A stretch of DNA of 56,368 nt from an uncultured Candidatus Saccharibacteria bacterium. Lineage in GTDB: Bacteria > Patescibacteriota > Minisyncoccia > Phycocordibacterales > UBA5272. Below, piece by piece: positions 7,071 to 17,420 of this stretch (positions within the stretch are counted from its first letter, which is position 1; every line of letters begins with the position of its first letter). Position numbers and translations under genes: made by a program. The DNA lies in the NCBI GenBank assembly GCA_964369115.1, contig CAYJED010000006.1, forward strand, positions 1 through 56,368. The letters run 5' to 3'. Under the pieces are notes generated by a model, which saw nothing but the letters and a program-made list of their open reading frames with translations, was not told where the DNA came from and made no database searches.

Positions 7071-8894
7071 ATGAACGACGCCCAAAAAATTACCTATGTA
7101 GGAAAGGTTGATTTTCGTAATCAAAATATCCCATTTGGTATTAAAGCAAAAGATAGAACTCATCACATGTATGTGATTGGTAAAACAGGTATGGGTAAAT
7201 CTACCCTTCTTGAAAACTTAGCCATACAAGATATCAATAACGGGGAAGGTATGTGTGTGATTGATCCGCACGGTTCAATGGCAGAAAAGCTTCTCGATCA
7301 CATCCCTGAGTCACGTATAAAAGACGTGGTGTACTTCGCTCCTTTTGACGGAGAGTATCCGGTTGGACTAAACGTACTAGAAAAAGTATCTCCAGATAAG
7401 CGTCACCTTGTAGCAAACGGTGTGATGGCTGCGTTTAAGAAGCTCTTTAAGGATCAGTTTTCTGCGCGTATGGAATATATTCTCAACAATATTATTCTCG
7501 CGCTTCTTGAAAACGATGGTCAGTCTTTGCTCGGTGTTAACCGTATGCTTACCGATAAAGAGTATCGTAAAAAAATAGTATCAAATGTTACCGATCCAAC
7601 AGTGCGCGACTTTTGGGTAAACGAATACGCTAACTACACCGATCGCTTCGCAGCGGAAGCTGCTCCTGCAATTCAAAATAAAGTTGGACAGTTTATCGCA
7701 AACCCGCTTATTCGAAATATTATTGGACAACAGAAGACATCGTTTGATATTCGTGAGCTCATGGATAAGAAAAAGATTCTTATTGTGAACCTTTCCAAAG
7801 GAAAGGTGGGGGAAGGAAACGCCAATCTTATTGGCTCCCTCCTTATTACAAAAATTTACCTCGCAGCAATGTCGCGAGCTGATGTTGGGGCATATGAACT
7901 TGAAAAGCTCCCACCGTTTTATTTTTATGTAGACGAGTTTCAAAACTTTGCCAATGAAAGTTTCGCCTCTATTTTATCTGAAGCACGTAAGTACAACTTA
8001 GCGCTCACTGTTGCTCATCAATATGTTGAACAAATGGAAGACGAGGTAAAGGCTGCGGTATTTGGAAACGTCGGTACGATGGTTGTTTTTCGTGTTGGGG
8101 CAACAGATGCTGAGGTGTTTGAAAAAGAATTTGCTCCTGTTTTTACTATGGATGACATTGTAAACCTCTCTGCACGCCAGATTTATTTGCGACTGATGAT
8201 TGACGGAGTAGGGTCGTCGCCATTTTCTGCTCATACACTTGATTTAATACAAAAACCGGCACAGTCATATGCTCAAGCTGTTGTTACGTATGCAAGAAAT
8301 ATTTATGGTAAGCCGAGATATGCTGTTGAAGATGAAATAGCGACGTTTTATGCTCCGCCAAAGAAAGAAGGAAAACCTGAAGATCAGGAGGTTGCAGTTG
8401 TTCGTGAAAAAGGAGAGCAAAAAAACATTCCTCAAAAAAGAGATCAGTTTAAAAGAGAAGAAGATGTAAGACGTTTAGCTATTAGGAAAATTACAAACGA
8501 TACACCTCTTCCTCCTAAAGTTTTTCACCAAAAACAAAGAGAAGAAAAAGTTGAAGTTCCTTCCCAGACCCCGTATGAGGTTGCAAGAAAGCTTGAAGAA
8601 AAATTCCACAAACCTCCAACGCTTAAAGAAGAAGAAAGAGAAAGTCGAGAAAGAAAAGAGAAAGTGCTAAAGCATATTGATGCACCTGTTTTTGATGAGA
8701 AGCCAGCAAAATCTCTCAAAGATGCTCTCTTTGAGGCGATGCAGGAACATGAAAATACTTTTAAAAAAGATGAGGCTGCTCAGCCTTCCCGCAGAGATGA
8801 AGAGCTCGAAGAAAAGAAAGAAGTAAAAGAATTAAAAGTAAAAAAAGAGGTTGATGAAGCTGTTCTCCGTCGTTTACTAGAAGACGAAGAATAA
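7071..8894 (+). CDS. Soluble P-loop ATPase of the VirD4/TraD/TrwB (T4SS coupling protein, FtsK/HerA) superfamily with a K/E-rich tail
   Basis: Walker A is VIGKTGMGKST and Walker B-like is FYFYVDEFQNF. CVIDPHG is typical of the TraD/TraG_C family. No N-terminal TM helices. The last ~170 aa are low-complexity and charged. Confidence 0.7.
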   Translation: MNDAQKITYVGKVDFRNQNIPFGIKAKDRTHHMYVIGKTGMGKSTLLENLAIQDINNGEGMCVIDPHGSMAEKLLDHIPESRIKDVVYFAPFDGEYPVGLNVLEKVSPDKRHLVANGVMAAFKKLFKDQFSARMEYILNNIILALLENDGQSLLGVNRMLTDKEYRKKIVSNVTDPTVRDFWVNEYANYTDRFAAEAAPAIQNKVGQFIANPLIRNIIGQQKTSFDIRELMDKKKILIVNLSKGKVGEGNANLIGSLLITKIYLAAMSRADVGAYELEKLPPFYFYVDEFQNFANESFASILSEARKYNLALTVAHQYVEQMEDEVKAAVFGNVGTMVVFRVGATDAEVFEKEFAPVFTMDDIVNLSARQIYLRLMIDGVGSSPFSAHTLDLIQKPAQSYAQAVVTYARNIYGKPRYAVEDEIATFYAPPKKEGKPEDQEVAVVREKGEQKNIPQKRDQFKREEDVRRLAIRKITNDTPLPPKVFHQKQREEKVEVPSQTPYEVARKLEEKFHKPPTLKEEERESRERKEKVLKHIDAPVFDEKPAKSLKDALFEAMQEHENTFKKDEAAQPSRRDEELEEKKEVKELKVKKEVDEAVLRRLLEDEE

Positions 8895-8902
8895 AACTCT
8901 CT

Positions 8903-10246
8903 ATGAAATATTTCACCCTGTTACTTTTTATAAGTATGAGTTATCTAAAGGCAGAAGCTCTTATGGTGAGTGAAATTATTTCAAATCCAATTGGTGATGA
9001 TGGAGGAAGGGAGTGGGTTGAGATTATAAACAAAAGTGATGCTTCAGTTGATGTATCGACAATCACCTTTTCTATTAAAGGTGGAAATCAAGTAAGCTCA
9101 GCGCTTGTTTCCGGCTCGCAAATTATTTCTCCTGGAGGATATGCGATTATTGCAAGTACTATTTCTGGTCAGACAAAGTTTTTACAAGACTATCCATCTT
9201 ATGATGGAACGTTATTAAAAGCGTCGATGAGTTTAGTGAACACTGGAACAACCTCACTTACTCTTTATGTAAACGGCGTTCAATCGGACTTTATTTCTTA
9301 TGTTGCCGCAAAGGAAGGGCTTGGGTATGGTGTTGTGCAAGGAGAGGTTGTTACAACTGAACCGACACCAGGTAAGGAAAATAAAAAGTACGAATCTCCA
9401 CAAACAGGTGACCCTTCTCCAGGTAACCCTAATCAAGTAACACTTTCCCAAACATATCAAACACTTCCACAGCTTACGATTTTCTTACCAAAAGAAAAGA
9501 AAGTTGTAGCTGGTGCCTCTTCAGTATTTAATGTTCTTGTTCTTGATGATAAAGGTGAAGAGGTGAAAAATGTTATCTATGAATGGTCGTTTGGTGATGG
9601 CGGATATGCTTTTGGAAGTTCCACAGAACACACCTACCATTATAGCGGTAGATATATTCTTGAAGTTGAAGCAACCAGCGGAAAAGCTGAAGGAAAGGGG
9701 AGAATGGCTATTTTGGTACATAACCCTGATATTTCGATTTCTGAGGTCCTGTATGGCAAATATGGGCCCTACATAGCCCTTACAAACGATAATAGCTATG
9801 AGTTGGATATTTCTGGTTGGACGCTTTCAGTTGACGGGGCAGGATTTCGTTTCCCTAAAAACACTATTTTAGGAAGTGGTACCACTAAGTTTTCTGGTTC
9901 GGTGATGGGGTTTGCAAGCACAACAATTTCCACCTCAACAGTGATACGTCTCCTTTTTCCAAGCGGAGAAGAGGTTGCTAGAGCAGAGCAGAAAAATATT
10001 CAGGTTGCTGAAAAAGATCTTTTAGCAATAAAACAAGAAAAAGGTAGCACTAAAACAGACGAACAAAAATCTACTCCTCCCGCTTCTCTTAAAAAATTGA
10101 GTACTCAAAAAAGTAACGTAACATCAAGTACAAGTTCATCTTCCTCTAACGTTACAACCCGTCAAAAACAACTTCCTGTAAATTCTCAAAAAGAACAAGA
10201 CACCAGAATCGCTAAGTGGATTAAGAGGATGTTGAGAGCTGAGTAG
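8903..10246 (+). CDS. Secreted lamin-tail-domain (LTD) - PKD - LTD protein
   Basis: Signal peptide MKYFTLLLFISMSYLKAEA. LTD-like SEIISNPIGDDGGREWVEIIN. PKD-like YEWSFGDGG..STEHTYHYSGRYILEVEA. Second LTD-like ISEVLYG..YIALTNDNSYELDISGWTL. S/T/K-rich tail. Confidence 0.7.
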   Translation: MKYFTLLLFISMSYLKAEALMVSEIISNPIGDDGGREWVEIINKSDASVDVSTITFSIKGGNQVSSALVSGSQIISPGGYAIIASTISGQTKFLQDYPSYDGTLLKASMSLVNTGTTSLTLYVNGVQSDFISYVAAKEGLGYGVVQGEVVTTEPTPGKENKKYESPQTGDPSPGNPNQVTLSQTYQTLPQLTIFLPKEKKVVAGASSVFNVLVLDDKGEEVKNVIYEWSFGDGGYAFGSSTEHTYHYSGRYILEVEATSGKAEGKGRMAILVHNPDISISEVLYGKYGPYIALTNDNSYELDISGWTLSVDGAGFRFPKNTILGSGTTKFSGSVMGFASTTISTSTVIRLLFPSGEEVARAEQKNIQVAEKDLLAIKQEKGSTKTDEQKSTPPASLKKLSTQKSNVTSSTSSSSSNVTTRQKQLPVNSQKEQDTRIAKWIKRMLRAE

Positions 10247-10247
10247 T

Positions 10248-11165
10248 TTATTTTTCTATAACAAGATTCCTTAAATCTGTTGAGGTATGCGCAAAGATGA
10301 GATTGTCATAGAACCTCTCCTTTTCTTCGTTACAGGAAATAAGGTTTCCTTCTAGAGTGATTTCATAAGGTGTGTAACCATTTTCTCTTAGAATAGAAAA
10401 AGAGGTTTCCATACTTTTTTTCCATTCGACTTGGCTTGAAACTTCAACACTGATAACTGGTTTTGCTAATGTAAGTATTTCTTTCATAGCATTAAGAATA
10501 AATGATTCAGCTCCTTCGGCGTCAATTTTAATAAAAGTTGGAGCAACCTTTTTTTCTTTACAGAAAGAGTCTAATGAAATCGTTGAAACAGAAATTTTCT
10601 CTGCTTTTTCTTTAAAATGAATAGCGTTATCTGTTCTTTTTTTAAAGCTATTAAAAGCGCTGTATTTAGGGCCATAATCAAAAAAATCTATAGCTGTCTC
10701 CTTGTCGAGAATTGCATTATTGTAAATCTCAGTATTTTTTCTGGAGAGAGTGTTTTCTTTTAAGCTTTCAAAAGTTCTTGGTGTTGGTTCAAAGCTATAT
10801 ACTTTACCTTTATCTCCAACAAGATCGCTCGCAAGAACAGAGTAATATCCAACATGCGCCCCAACATCAAAAAAGGTATCACCTTCCCGTAAAAAGTTTA
10901 CAAAAAAGTTTGTTAAATTAGCCTCCCAGAATCCGTAGTAGTAAATCATTCCCCCTTCAGGGAGGTAGAACGACATATCTGCACCCCAAAGTGTTCTATG
11001 GTGTACTTTGTAAGGATGAACATAGCCAATACTTTGTTTTATGTAGAAAGCAAAAGATCGAAGAGGGTCTTTCAGAAGACGTTTAAAACGACTTCCTTGC
11101 AGTTCGTAGAGGCTGTTTCTAGAAATTATTTTTTGTTTAAGGGTATTTTTTTGAAATATATTCAT
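10248..11165 (-). CDS. FkbM-family methyltransferase
   Basis: FFDVGAHVGYYS SAM motif and IKIDAEGAE, typical of the FkbM family. Confidence 0.75.
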   Translation of the reverse strand: MNIFQKNTLKQKIISRNSLYELQGSRFKRLLKDPLRSFAFYIKQSIGYVHPYKVHHRTLWGADMSFYLPEGGMIYYYGFWEANLTNFFVNFLREGDTFFDVGAHVGYYSVLASDLVGDKGKVYSFEPTPRTFESLKENTLSRKNTEIYNNAILDKETAIDFFDYGPKYSAFNSFKKRTDNAIHFKEKAEKISVSTISLDSFCKEKKVAPTFIKIDAEGAESFILNAMKEILTLAKPVISVEVSSQVEWKKSMETSFSILRENGYTPYEITLEGNLISCNEEKERFYDNLIFAHTSTDLRNLVIEK

Positions 11166-11254
11166 GAGGTTTTAATTATAATATCACAGAAATTAAAAGA
11201 GATTTATAAAGAGTTTTTTATTTTTTATATCAAAATGATATCATAGAATATATA

Positions 11255-12244
11255 ATGCTTAAAAAAAATATATTAGTTATCGGTGGCGCTGGTTATATAG
11301 GTTCACATGTCGTTAACCTGCTTCTTGAAAAAGGATATTTTGTTCATGTTGTTGACTGTTTTAGAGAATCCAGGAGTAATGTTATTGCACACGTAAATCT
11401 TCGGTATCATGAAGTTGATATTCGCAACAAGCAAGACCTGTCTCTTATATTTAAGGAGATTTCCTTAGATACGGTGCTTCATTTTGCCGCTCTTGCCAGT
11501 GTTCCTGATTCGATGAGTAGACCTTTTGAGTACTATGAAACTAATGTAATCGGGGGGCTTAATATTCTTGAGTGTATGCGTGAAAATGGTGTAAAAAAGA
11601 TTGTTTTTTCATCATCTGCTTCAACTTATGGAGAACCTCAAAACGAAGTAATTACTGAAACCCATCAGCAGGTTCCAACAAATACATACGGATACACAAA
11701 ACTTATTTTTGAAAATATTTTAAAGGACTACAGCAGAGCGTATGGTTTTTCTTCAATATCTCTTAGATATTTTTGCGCTGCTGGATGTGATTATGATTCC
11801 GGTATCGGTGAGTATCATACACCAGAAACCCATGTTATACCTTCGATTGTAGAGACTTTGCTTGGTAGGCGAGAGAAATTTTTTGTGTACGGTGATGATT
11901 TTCTTACTCAAGACGGCACCGGCGTTAGGGATTATATTCACGTTAAGGATTTGGCAACCGCTCATATTTGTGCTGTTGAGAAAATAAATGAAACCGATGA
12001 AGTATTTTGTAATCAATATAACCTCGGAATCAATAAAGGTTTTTCTGTTATGGAGTTAATTAAAGTTGCTGAGGAGGTTTCGGGAAAAAAGCTTAACTTT
12101 GAAATAAAAGAAAGAAGAGAAGGAGACCCGTCTCGCCTTATTGCTGATGCAACAAAAGCTCGGGTAGAGCTCAAATGGACACCTGAATATTTGGATGTAA
12201 AAGATATGATCGAATCAACATATAAATTTTTCGAAAAAAAATAA
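11255..12244 (+). CDS. galE: UDP-glucose 4-epimerase
   Basis: VIGGAGYIGSH Rossmann motif, SSSASTYG, YGYTK (YxxxK), DYIHV. Length is 329 aa. Confidence 0.85.
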   Translation: MLKKNILVIGGAGYIGSHVVNLLLEKGYFVHVVDCFRESRSNVIAHVNLRYHEVDIRNKQDLSLIFKEISLDTVLHFAALASVPDSMSRPFEYYETNVIGGLNILECMRENGVKKIVFSSSASTYGEPQNEVITETHQQVPTNTYGYTKLIFENILKDYSRAYGFSSISLRYFCAAGCDYDSGIGEYHTPETHVIPSIVETLLGRREKFFVYGDDFLTQDGTGVRDYIHVKDLATAHICAVEKINETDEVFCNQYNLGINKGFSVMELIKVAEEVSGKKLNFEIKERREGDPSRLIADATKARVELKWTPEYLDVKDMIESTYKFFEKK

Positions 12245-12247
12245 AAT

Positions 12248-13696
12248 ATGCTGTTTAATTCGTTATCATTTTTTATTTTTTTACCAATAGCTGTTATTTT
12301 ATATTGGAAAATATCCAGTAAATATAGAAATACTGTTTTACTTTTACTCAGTTGTTATTTTTACGCAGTTTTTATACCAAAGTATATATTTATATTATTT
12401 TTTATAATTATATTAGATTATTTTTTAGCAATCAGAATTGAAAGCGGGCAAGGAAATAAAAAATTATTACTTATACTTAGTATTTTAGCTAATATTGGAA
12501 TTCTTTTTATATTTAAGTACTTTAATTTTTTTAATGAAAACATATCAACTATAGCTAATTTTTTGCATTGGAATTATACACCGCTCTTGTTCTCAATTAT
12601 CTTACCGTTAGGACTTTCATTCCACGTTTTTCAAAGTTTGGCTTATATTATTGAGGTTTATAATAAAAAAGTTTTAGCTGAGAGAAATATTTTTAATTAT
12701 GCTACGTATGTTTTATTTTTCCCGCAACTTGTTGCTGGGCCGATTGAAAGACCTGGACATTTATTACCTCAAATAAGACAAACTCATCATTTTGATAGAG
12801 GTATGTTCATTATGGGTATAGAAAGAATTTTGTTTGGTTTTTTTAAGAAGATTGTTATAGCTGATCAAATTGCTGCAATAATTAACCCTATTTTTGCGTC
12901 ACCACCTAAAGATGCTCTAGTGCTTTTTATTATTTCTGTTTTATTTTTGTATCAATTGTATTGTGATTTTTCTGGATATACAGACATTGCACTTGGATCG
13001 GCCATGCTTTTAGGTTTTTCTCTTAGGGAAAATTTTAATAGACCACTGTCTGCTTCTTCGTTTAGTGAATTTTGGAGAAGGTGGCATATGTCTTTGTCGA
13101 CCTGGTTTAGAGATTATGTGTTTATTCCACTCGGAGGAAGGTCTAATTCTTTTTTAAAAACTTATAGGAATATTATGGCTGTATTTATCTTATCTGGTCT
13201 TTGGCATGGAGCAAATTGGACATTTGTTATTTGGGGGGCATTAAATGGTTTTTATTTAATTGCTGAAGATATGTTTAAACGAGTATTTAATAATTATTTC
13301 TCTTTTTTAAATAAATTTAATTATATAAAATCAATTTTGGGAACAATTTTAACTTTTGTTTTCATCACCATAAGTTTTATTTTCTTTAGATCTGAAACTT
13401 TTAATAAGGCTAATTGGATAATTTTAAATATTTTTGATATTTCCAATTTTCATTTGTCCACAAAAGAAACACTGGGTATATTAACTACACATTCAGGTAA
13501 TGTGGTATTTTATTATGTGATTTTAAGTATCATTGTCATGGAAGTAATTCAGTATTTACAAGAAAAAAGGAATAGTTTTTTTGTTTTTAGTAATAATGGT
13601 AAATGGGTGCGTTATAGTTGGTATTATTACTTAATAATGTCTCTGCTTTTCTTTGGGCATTTTGGATCTCAGACATTTATATATTTTCAATTTTAA
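12248..13696 (+). CDS. MBOAT-family membrane O-acyltransferase (AlgI/DltB/PatA-like)
   Basis: Polytopic membrane protein. It carries the conserved FWRRWHMSLSTWFRDYVFIPLGG and SGLWHGANW histidine motifs. Confidence 0.85.
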   Translation: MLFNSLSFFIFLPIAVILYWKISSKYRNTVLLLLSCYFYAVFIPKYIFILFFIIILDYFLAIRIESGQGNKKLLLILSILANIGILFIFKYFNFFNENISTIANFLHWNYTPLLFSIILPLGLSFHVFQSLAYIIEVYNKKVLAERNIFNYATYVLFFPQLVAGPIERPGHLLPQIRQTHHFDRGMFIMGIERILFGFFKKIVIADQIAAIINPIFASPPKDALVLFIISVLFLYQLYCDFSGYTDIALGSAMLLGFSLRENFNRPLSASSFSEFWRRWHMSLSTWFRDYVFIPLGGRSNSFLKTYRNIMAVFILSGLWHGANWTFVIWGALNGFYLIAEDMFKRVFNNYFSFLNKFNYIKSILGTILTFVFITISFIFFRSETFNKANWIILNIFDISNFHLSTKETLGILTTHSGNVVFYYVILSIIVMEVIQYLQEKRNSFFVFSNNGKWVRYSWYYYLIMSLLFFGHFGSQTFIYFQF

Positions 13697-13698
13697 AT

Positions 13699-14832
13699 AT
13701 GAAAAAAAATATTATTAATTCTTTTATTTTTATAACACCTTTAGCTTTAGTGTTAACTTTGCCGCTTTTTGTGTTTTTTGTAAGCAGAGAATATCTATAT
13801 GTAAGTGATGTTATAAATCTTCAAAAAATAAAAGTAAATGTTATATTTAGTTTTTCTTATAATGGAGAATCTGATATTCCCTATAAGCAAGGACTCGTCT
13901 TGGAATCTAAACCAAAAATTATGGTTGTCGGAACATCAAGAACTATGCAGATAAGAAAGGAGTTTTTTATTAATCAGAATGATTTTGTAAATGCAGGTGT
14001 TCCAAGAGGGCAATTGGGGAATTTTGGAAATTTACGCTATTTCACAGATAATCTTCCTGAAAATGGTAGTGGAACTTTGTTATTTATTGGTTTAGATCAT
14101 AATTTGTTTACTGAAAGACATGCGACAGAAGATAATTATAATGAAAAATCTGTAATTAGAAGATTATTAACTTTCCCAGGTATTAATATTAGAAGAATTT
14201 ATTTAGATTATTTGTCTAAAAAGTTTTCTTTAGGTGAGTTAAATGAGAAATCAAAAACACGAGATGGTGTTGGTTTTTCAGCCATTTACAATGATAGTGG
14301 TTATCGTTTTGATGGTAGTTATAGAGATGGATTTTCTATGAAAAAAACAGATAGAATAGGGTATCTTTCTGGGGACTTTAAAAATAAGCTTTCAGAAATT
14401 AAGAGACTTGATTCTGCTTTTGTTGATAATGGCGACAATATAAAGAAAAATTTCAGTGAACTAGAAAAATTTTTATCCTCATGCAAAGAAAGAAATATAA
14501 AAGTTGTGGGGTTTGTTCCGGCAGACCCAACGTTGATTCACAGTGAAATGATGTTAAGTAATTCTTTATATAAAAAAAATTATCAGGAGATTACACAGGG
14601 TTTATTTTTAGAATTTTCGAAACATGACTTTATTTTTTTTGATTTATCAGATATTTCAAAATTCGGGGGTAAAGATAGTGAATTTATGGATGCTGTTCAC
14701 GGAACTGATCTTTTATATGCAAGAATGTTTGTTTATATGTATGGTAATAATGATTACTTGAAAAAAGTAATTAATAAACCTTTTTTAGAAAAGGCAATTA
14801 GAGATTCTAAGAATGACTTTTTAACTTTTTAA
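13699..14832 (+). CDS. Membrane-anchored SGNH/DltD/AlgJ-like partner of the MBOAT
   Basis: ATG at 13699 sits 3 nt after the MBOAT stop (the track ORF extends upstream to 13618). N-terminal TM helix, GTSRT near the N-terminus, and DAVHGTD (DxxH) near the C-terminus. Confidence 0.6.
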   Translation: MKKNIINSFIFITPLALVLTLPLFVFFVSREYLYVSDVINLQKIKVNVIFSFSYNGESDIPYKQGLVLESKPKIMVVGTSRTMQIRKEFFINQNDFVNAGVPRGQLGNFGNLRYFTDNLPENGSGTLLFIGLDHNLFTERHATEDNYNEKSVIRRLLTFPGINIRRIYLDYLSKKFSLGELNEKSKTRDGVGFSAIYNDSGYRFDGSYRDGFSMKKTDRIGYLSGDFKNKLSEIKRLDSAFVDNGDNIKKNFSELEKFLSSCKERNIKVVGFVPADPTLIHSEMMLSNSLYKKNYQEITQGLFLEFSKHDFIFFDLSDISKFGGKDSEFMDAVHGTDLLYARMFVYMYGNNDYLKKVINKPFLEKAIRDSKNDFLTF

Positions 14833-14849
14833 TTTGGTATAATGTAAAA

Positions 14850-15584
14850 ATGAAAGCCATTATTTTGTCTGCCGGACTTGGAACGAGACTTCGACCTCTT
14901 ACAGAAAAGACACCAAAATCATTATTACTAATTAATAATAAACCTCTGCTTTCGTATCATTTAGAAAGTTTATATAAATATGGCGTTAATGATATCTTAA
15001 TTAATACACATTATTTACATGAACAAATAGATAATTTTGTTAAAAATAATAAAGATAAATTTCCAGGCACTACAGTAACTACTGTCTTTGAAAAAAAACT
15101 TTTAGGCAGCGCAAGGACTCTCAAAGAAAATAAAATCTTCTTTGAGAGCGAAGATGACTTTATTATTATCTATGGAGATAATTTAACAACAATTAATTAC
15201 GATACTCTAATTTCTTTTCACAAAGAAAAAGGTGGAGTTGTGACAATTGCTGTATACGTAGAGCCTCACCCTGAAACAAAAGGGGTGATTGTTTTTGATA
15301 ACAACAAAAGAGTTTCTCAATTTATTGAGAAACCGAAAGGTGAACAAATGATTAGTAATTATGCAAATGCTGGTATTTATATTGTCAACAAGGAGATTTT
15401 TAATTTTTTAAAAAACCTTAATGAAGATGTTATGGATTTTGGTTTCCATGTTTTTCCTTATTTGTTAGCAAATAATGTACCAATGTATGCTTATGAAATG
15501 TCGGAATTTTTACTCGACATTGGTACACTTGAAAGCTATACTAAGTCACAAGAATTAGCTAAATATTTACATTTTTATGATTAA
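14850..15584 (+). CDS. hddC: Sugar-1-phosphate nucleotidyltransferase, likely D-glycero-alpha-D-manno-heptose-1-phosphate guanylyltransferase
   Basis: MKAIILSAGLGTRLRPLTEKTPKSLL NTP-transferase signature. Context with hddA/gmhA/gmhB. Confidence 0.7.
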   Translation: MKAIILSAGLGTRLRPLTEKTPKSLLLINNKPLLSYHLESLYKYGVNDILINTHYLHEQIDNFVKNNKDKFPGTTVTTVFEKKLLGSARTLKENKIFFESEDDFIIIYGDNLTTINYDTLISFHKEKGGVVTIAVYVEPHPETKGVIVFDNNKRVSQFIEKPKGEQMISNYANAGIYIVNKEIFNFLKNLNEDVMDFGFHVFPYLLANNVPMYAYEMSEFLLDIGTLESYTKSQELAKYLHFYD

Positions 15585-16335
15585 GGAGAATAAGTTTGGA
15601 GGTGAGCGCCTAGAAAGCAAGAGTGGTCTTTCAAGGAATAATTTACTTGAACATCTTGTGAGATATAATCTTTTGCCAGGGGGTGACAAAGTTGTCCTTG
15701 ATATTGGTTGCGGTGCGGGTCATGGAAGTAATATGCTTTCTGGTAAGTATAAAAAGGTTTACGGTGTTGATATTTCTGAAGATGCGATTCAGTATGCAAA
15801 GGAAAACTGGAATACAGAAAATGTCGAATTTAAAGTAGGAAGCGCTTTAGATATACCTTTTCCAGAAAACACATTTGATGAAGTGGCTGCATTTGAGGTG
15901 TTTGAACATCTTGATGATTGGAGGAAATTTTTGTTAGAAATTAAGCGTGTTTTAAAGCCGGAGGGTAAGGTTTACATATCAACTCCAAATAAAACACTTT
16001 ATTCTCCGGGCACAAAGAAACCAATAAACCCTCACCATGTTTTCGAAATGACTATCCTTGAGTTCAAGAGCGCTCTCTCAGAGTTTTATACAATAAAAGA
16101 ATTTTACGGACAAAGAACACCTATTTACAATGATCACTTTATCTGGAAAATTGTTAACCCGATATTGTTCACTTTTAAGTCAGTTATCCCCTATAAGGTA
16201 AATAACACTTTAAAGTTAAAAATAATTAATTGGATCAAGTCAGAACTTGAAATGTCTGATATTATTCTTAAAACTGATCCTGAGTGGGTAGAAAAATCAC
16301 GTTTTGTTGTGGGTGTGTGCCAAAATAATAAGTAA
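15577..16335 (+). CDS. Class I SAM-dependent methyltransferase
   Basis: VLDIGCGAGHGS motif I, and FDEVAAFEVFEHL. Overlaps the upstream gene by 8 nt. Confidence 0.8.
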   Translation: MIKENKFGGERLESKSGLSRNNLLEHLVRYNLLPGGDKVVLDIGCGAGHGSNMLSGKYKKVYGVDISEDAIQYAKENWNTENVEFKVGSALDIPFPENTFDEVAAFEVFEHLDDWRKFLLEIKRVLKPEGKVYISTPNKTLYSPGTKKPINPHHVFEMTILEFKSALSEFYTIKEFYGQRTPIYNDHFIWKIVNPILFTFKSVIPYKVNNTLKLKIINWIKSELEMSDIILKTDPEWVEKSRFVVGVCQNNK

Positions 16336-16405
16336 TTTTCTGGATTATAGAAATAATTTAAAACTTATGTAATACTGTGATTATTAAAGCTTAATTATTA
16401 TTGTT

Positions 16406-17410
16406 ATGATCATCACTCGCGCTCCGCTTAGAATTAGTTTTGTTGGCGGGGGTACAGACATTCAAGAATTTTATAGTCGTTACCCTGGAAGGGTTATATC
16501 AGCAACTATCGATAAATTTGTTCATGTTGCGGTTAATCCAAATACTTTTTCTGGCAGGTTTATTATTAAATATGCTGAAACTGAATCAGAAAGTCACCCT
16601 TCTTCTTTTAAGCATGACAGATTTCGAGAAGCTCTTGTTTCTATGCGTGTTGAAGAGGGTCTTGAAATAGCGTCTTTCGCTGATCTTCCAGCAAAAACAG
16701 GATTAGGGTCCTCCTCTTCGTTTTCTGTAGCCCTCATGAAGGCTTTGCATGCTTATCGTGGTGAAAAAATTAGTAAAGAAAAAGCTGCACAAGCTGCGTG
16801 TGATCTAGAAATAAATCTGTTAAAAGAGCCTATAGGTAAACAAGATCAGTATGCTGCTGCGTACGGAGGGTTAAATATGTTTACCTTTAATACGGATGGA
16901 ACTGTCACGGTTGAACCTATTTTTACAGATTTTCGCTTCAGATCAAGATTTGAAAATCATATGATGTTATTTTTTACCGGAATAACACGTTCTGCAAGTG
17001 AAATTCTTAAGGAGCAAAAGAAAGGTATTGATGAAAAGTTTGAAACTTATAAACAAATGTCTGACTCTGTTCTTGATTTTGTTGAACTAGTTCGTAACGA
17101 AGATCTTCGTGGTATGGCGAAAATGCTTAAGGAAGGGTGGGAGAAAAAGAAGTCTCTTTCTGGAAATATCTCAAATAGTACAACTGATTATTTATACGAT
17201 GCTGCAATTAAAGGAGGTGCTTGGGGTGGTAAAATTTTAGGTGCAGGCGGCGGAGGATGTCTTCTTTTTATAGCAGATCCAAAAGATCATCAGAAAATTC
17301 AGGAATCAATTGAAAAGAAGGCACAAGAGCTTCAGCTTGAAGGTTTCAAGCGTATTAAGTTTAGCCTAACCTCTTCTGGGGCAGATATTATTTTTAATTC
17401 ATCTAATTAA
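16406..17410 (+). CDS. hddA: GHMP kinase, D-glycero-alpha-D-manno-heptose-7-phosphate kinase
   Basis: N-terminus MIITRAPLRISFVGGGTDIQEFY is HddA-like. GHMP motif PAKTGLGSSSSFSVAL. C-terminal GAGGGGCL. Confidence 0.8.
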   Translation: MIITRAPLRISFVGGGTDIQEFYSRYPGRVISATIDKFVHVAVNPNTFSGRFIIKYAETESESHPSSFKHDRFREALVSMRVEEGLEIASFADLPAKTGLGSSSSFSVALMKALHAYRGEKISKEKAAQAACDLEINLLKEPIGKQDQYAAAYGGLNMFTFNTDGTVTVEPIFTDFRFRSRFENHMMLFFTGITRSASEILKEQKKGIDEKFETYKQMSDSVLDFVELVRNEDLRGMAKMLKEGWEKKKSLSGNISNSTTDYLYDAAIKGGAWGGKILGAGGGGCLLFIADPKDHQKIQESIEKKAQELQLEGFKRIKFSLTSSGADIIFNSSN

Positions 17411-17420
17411 ATTTTTTTAT

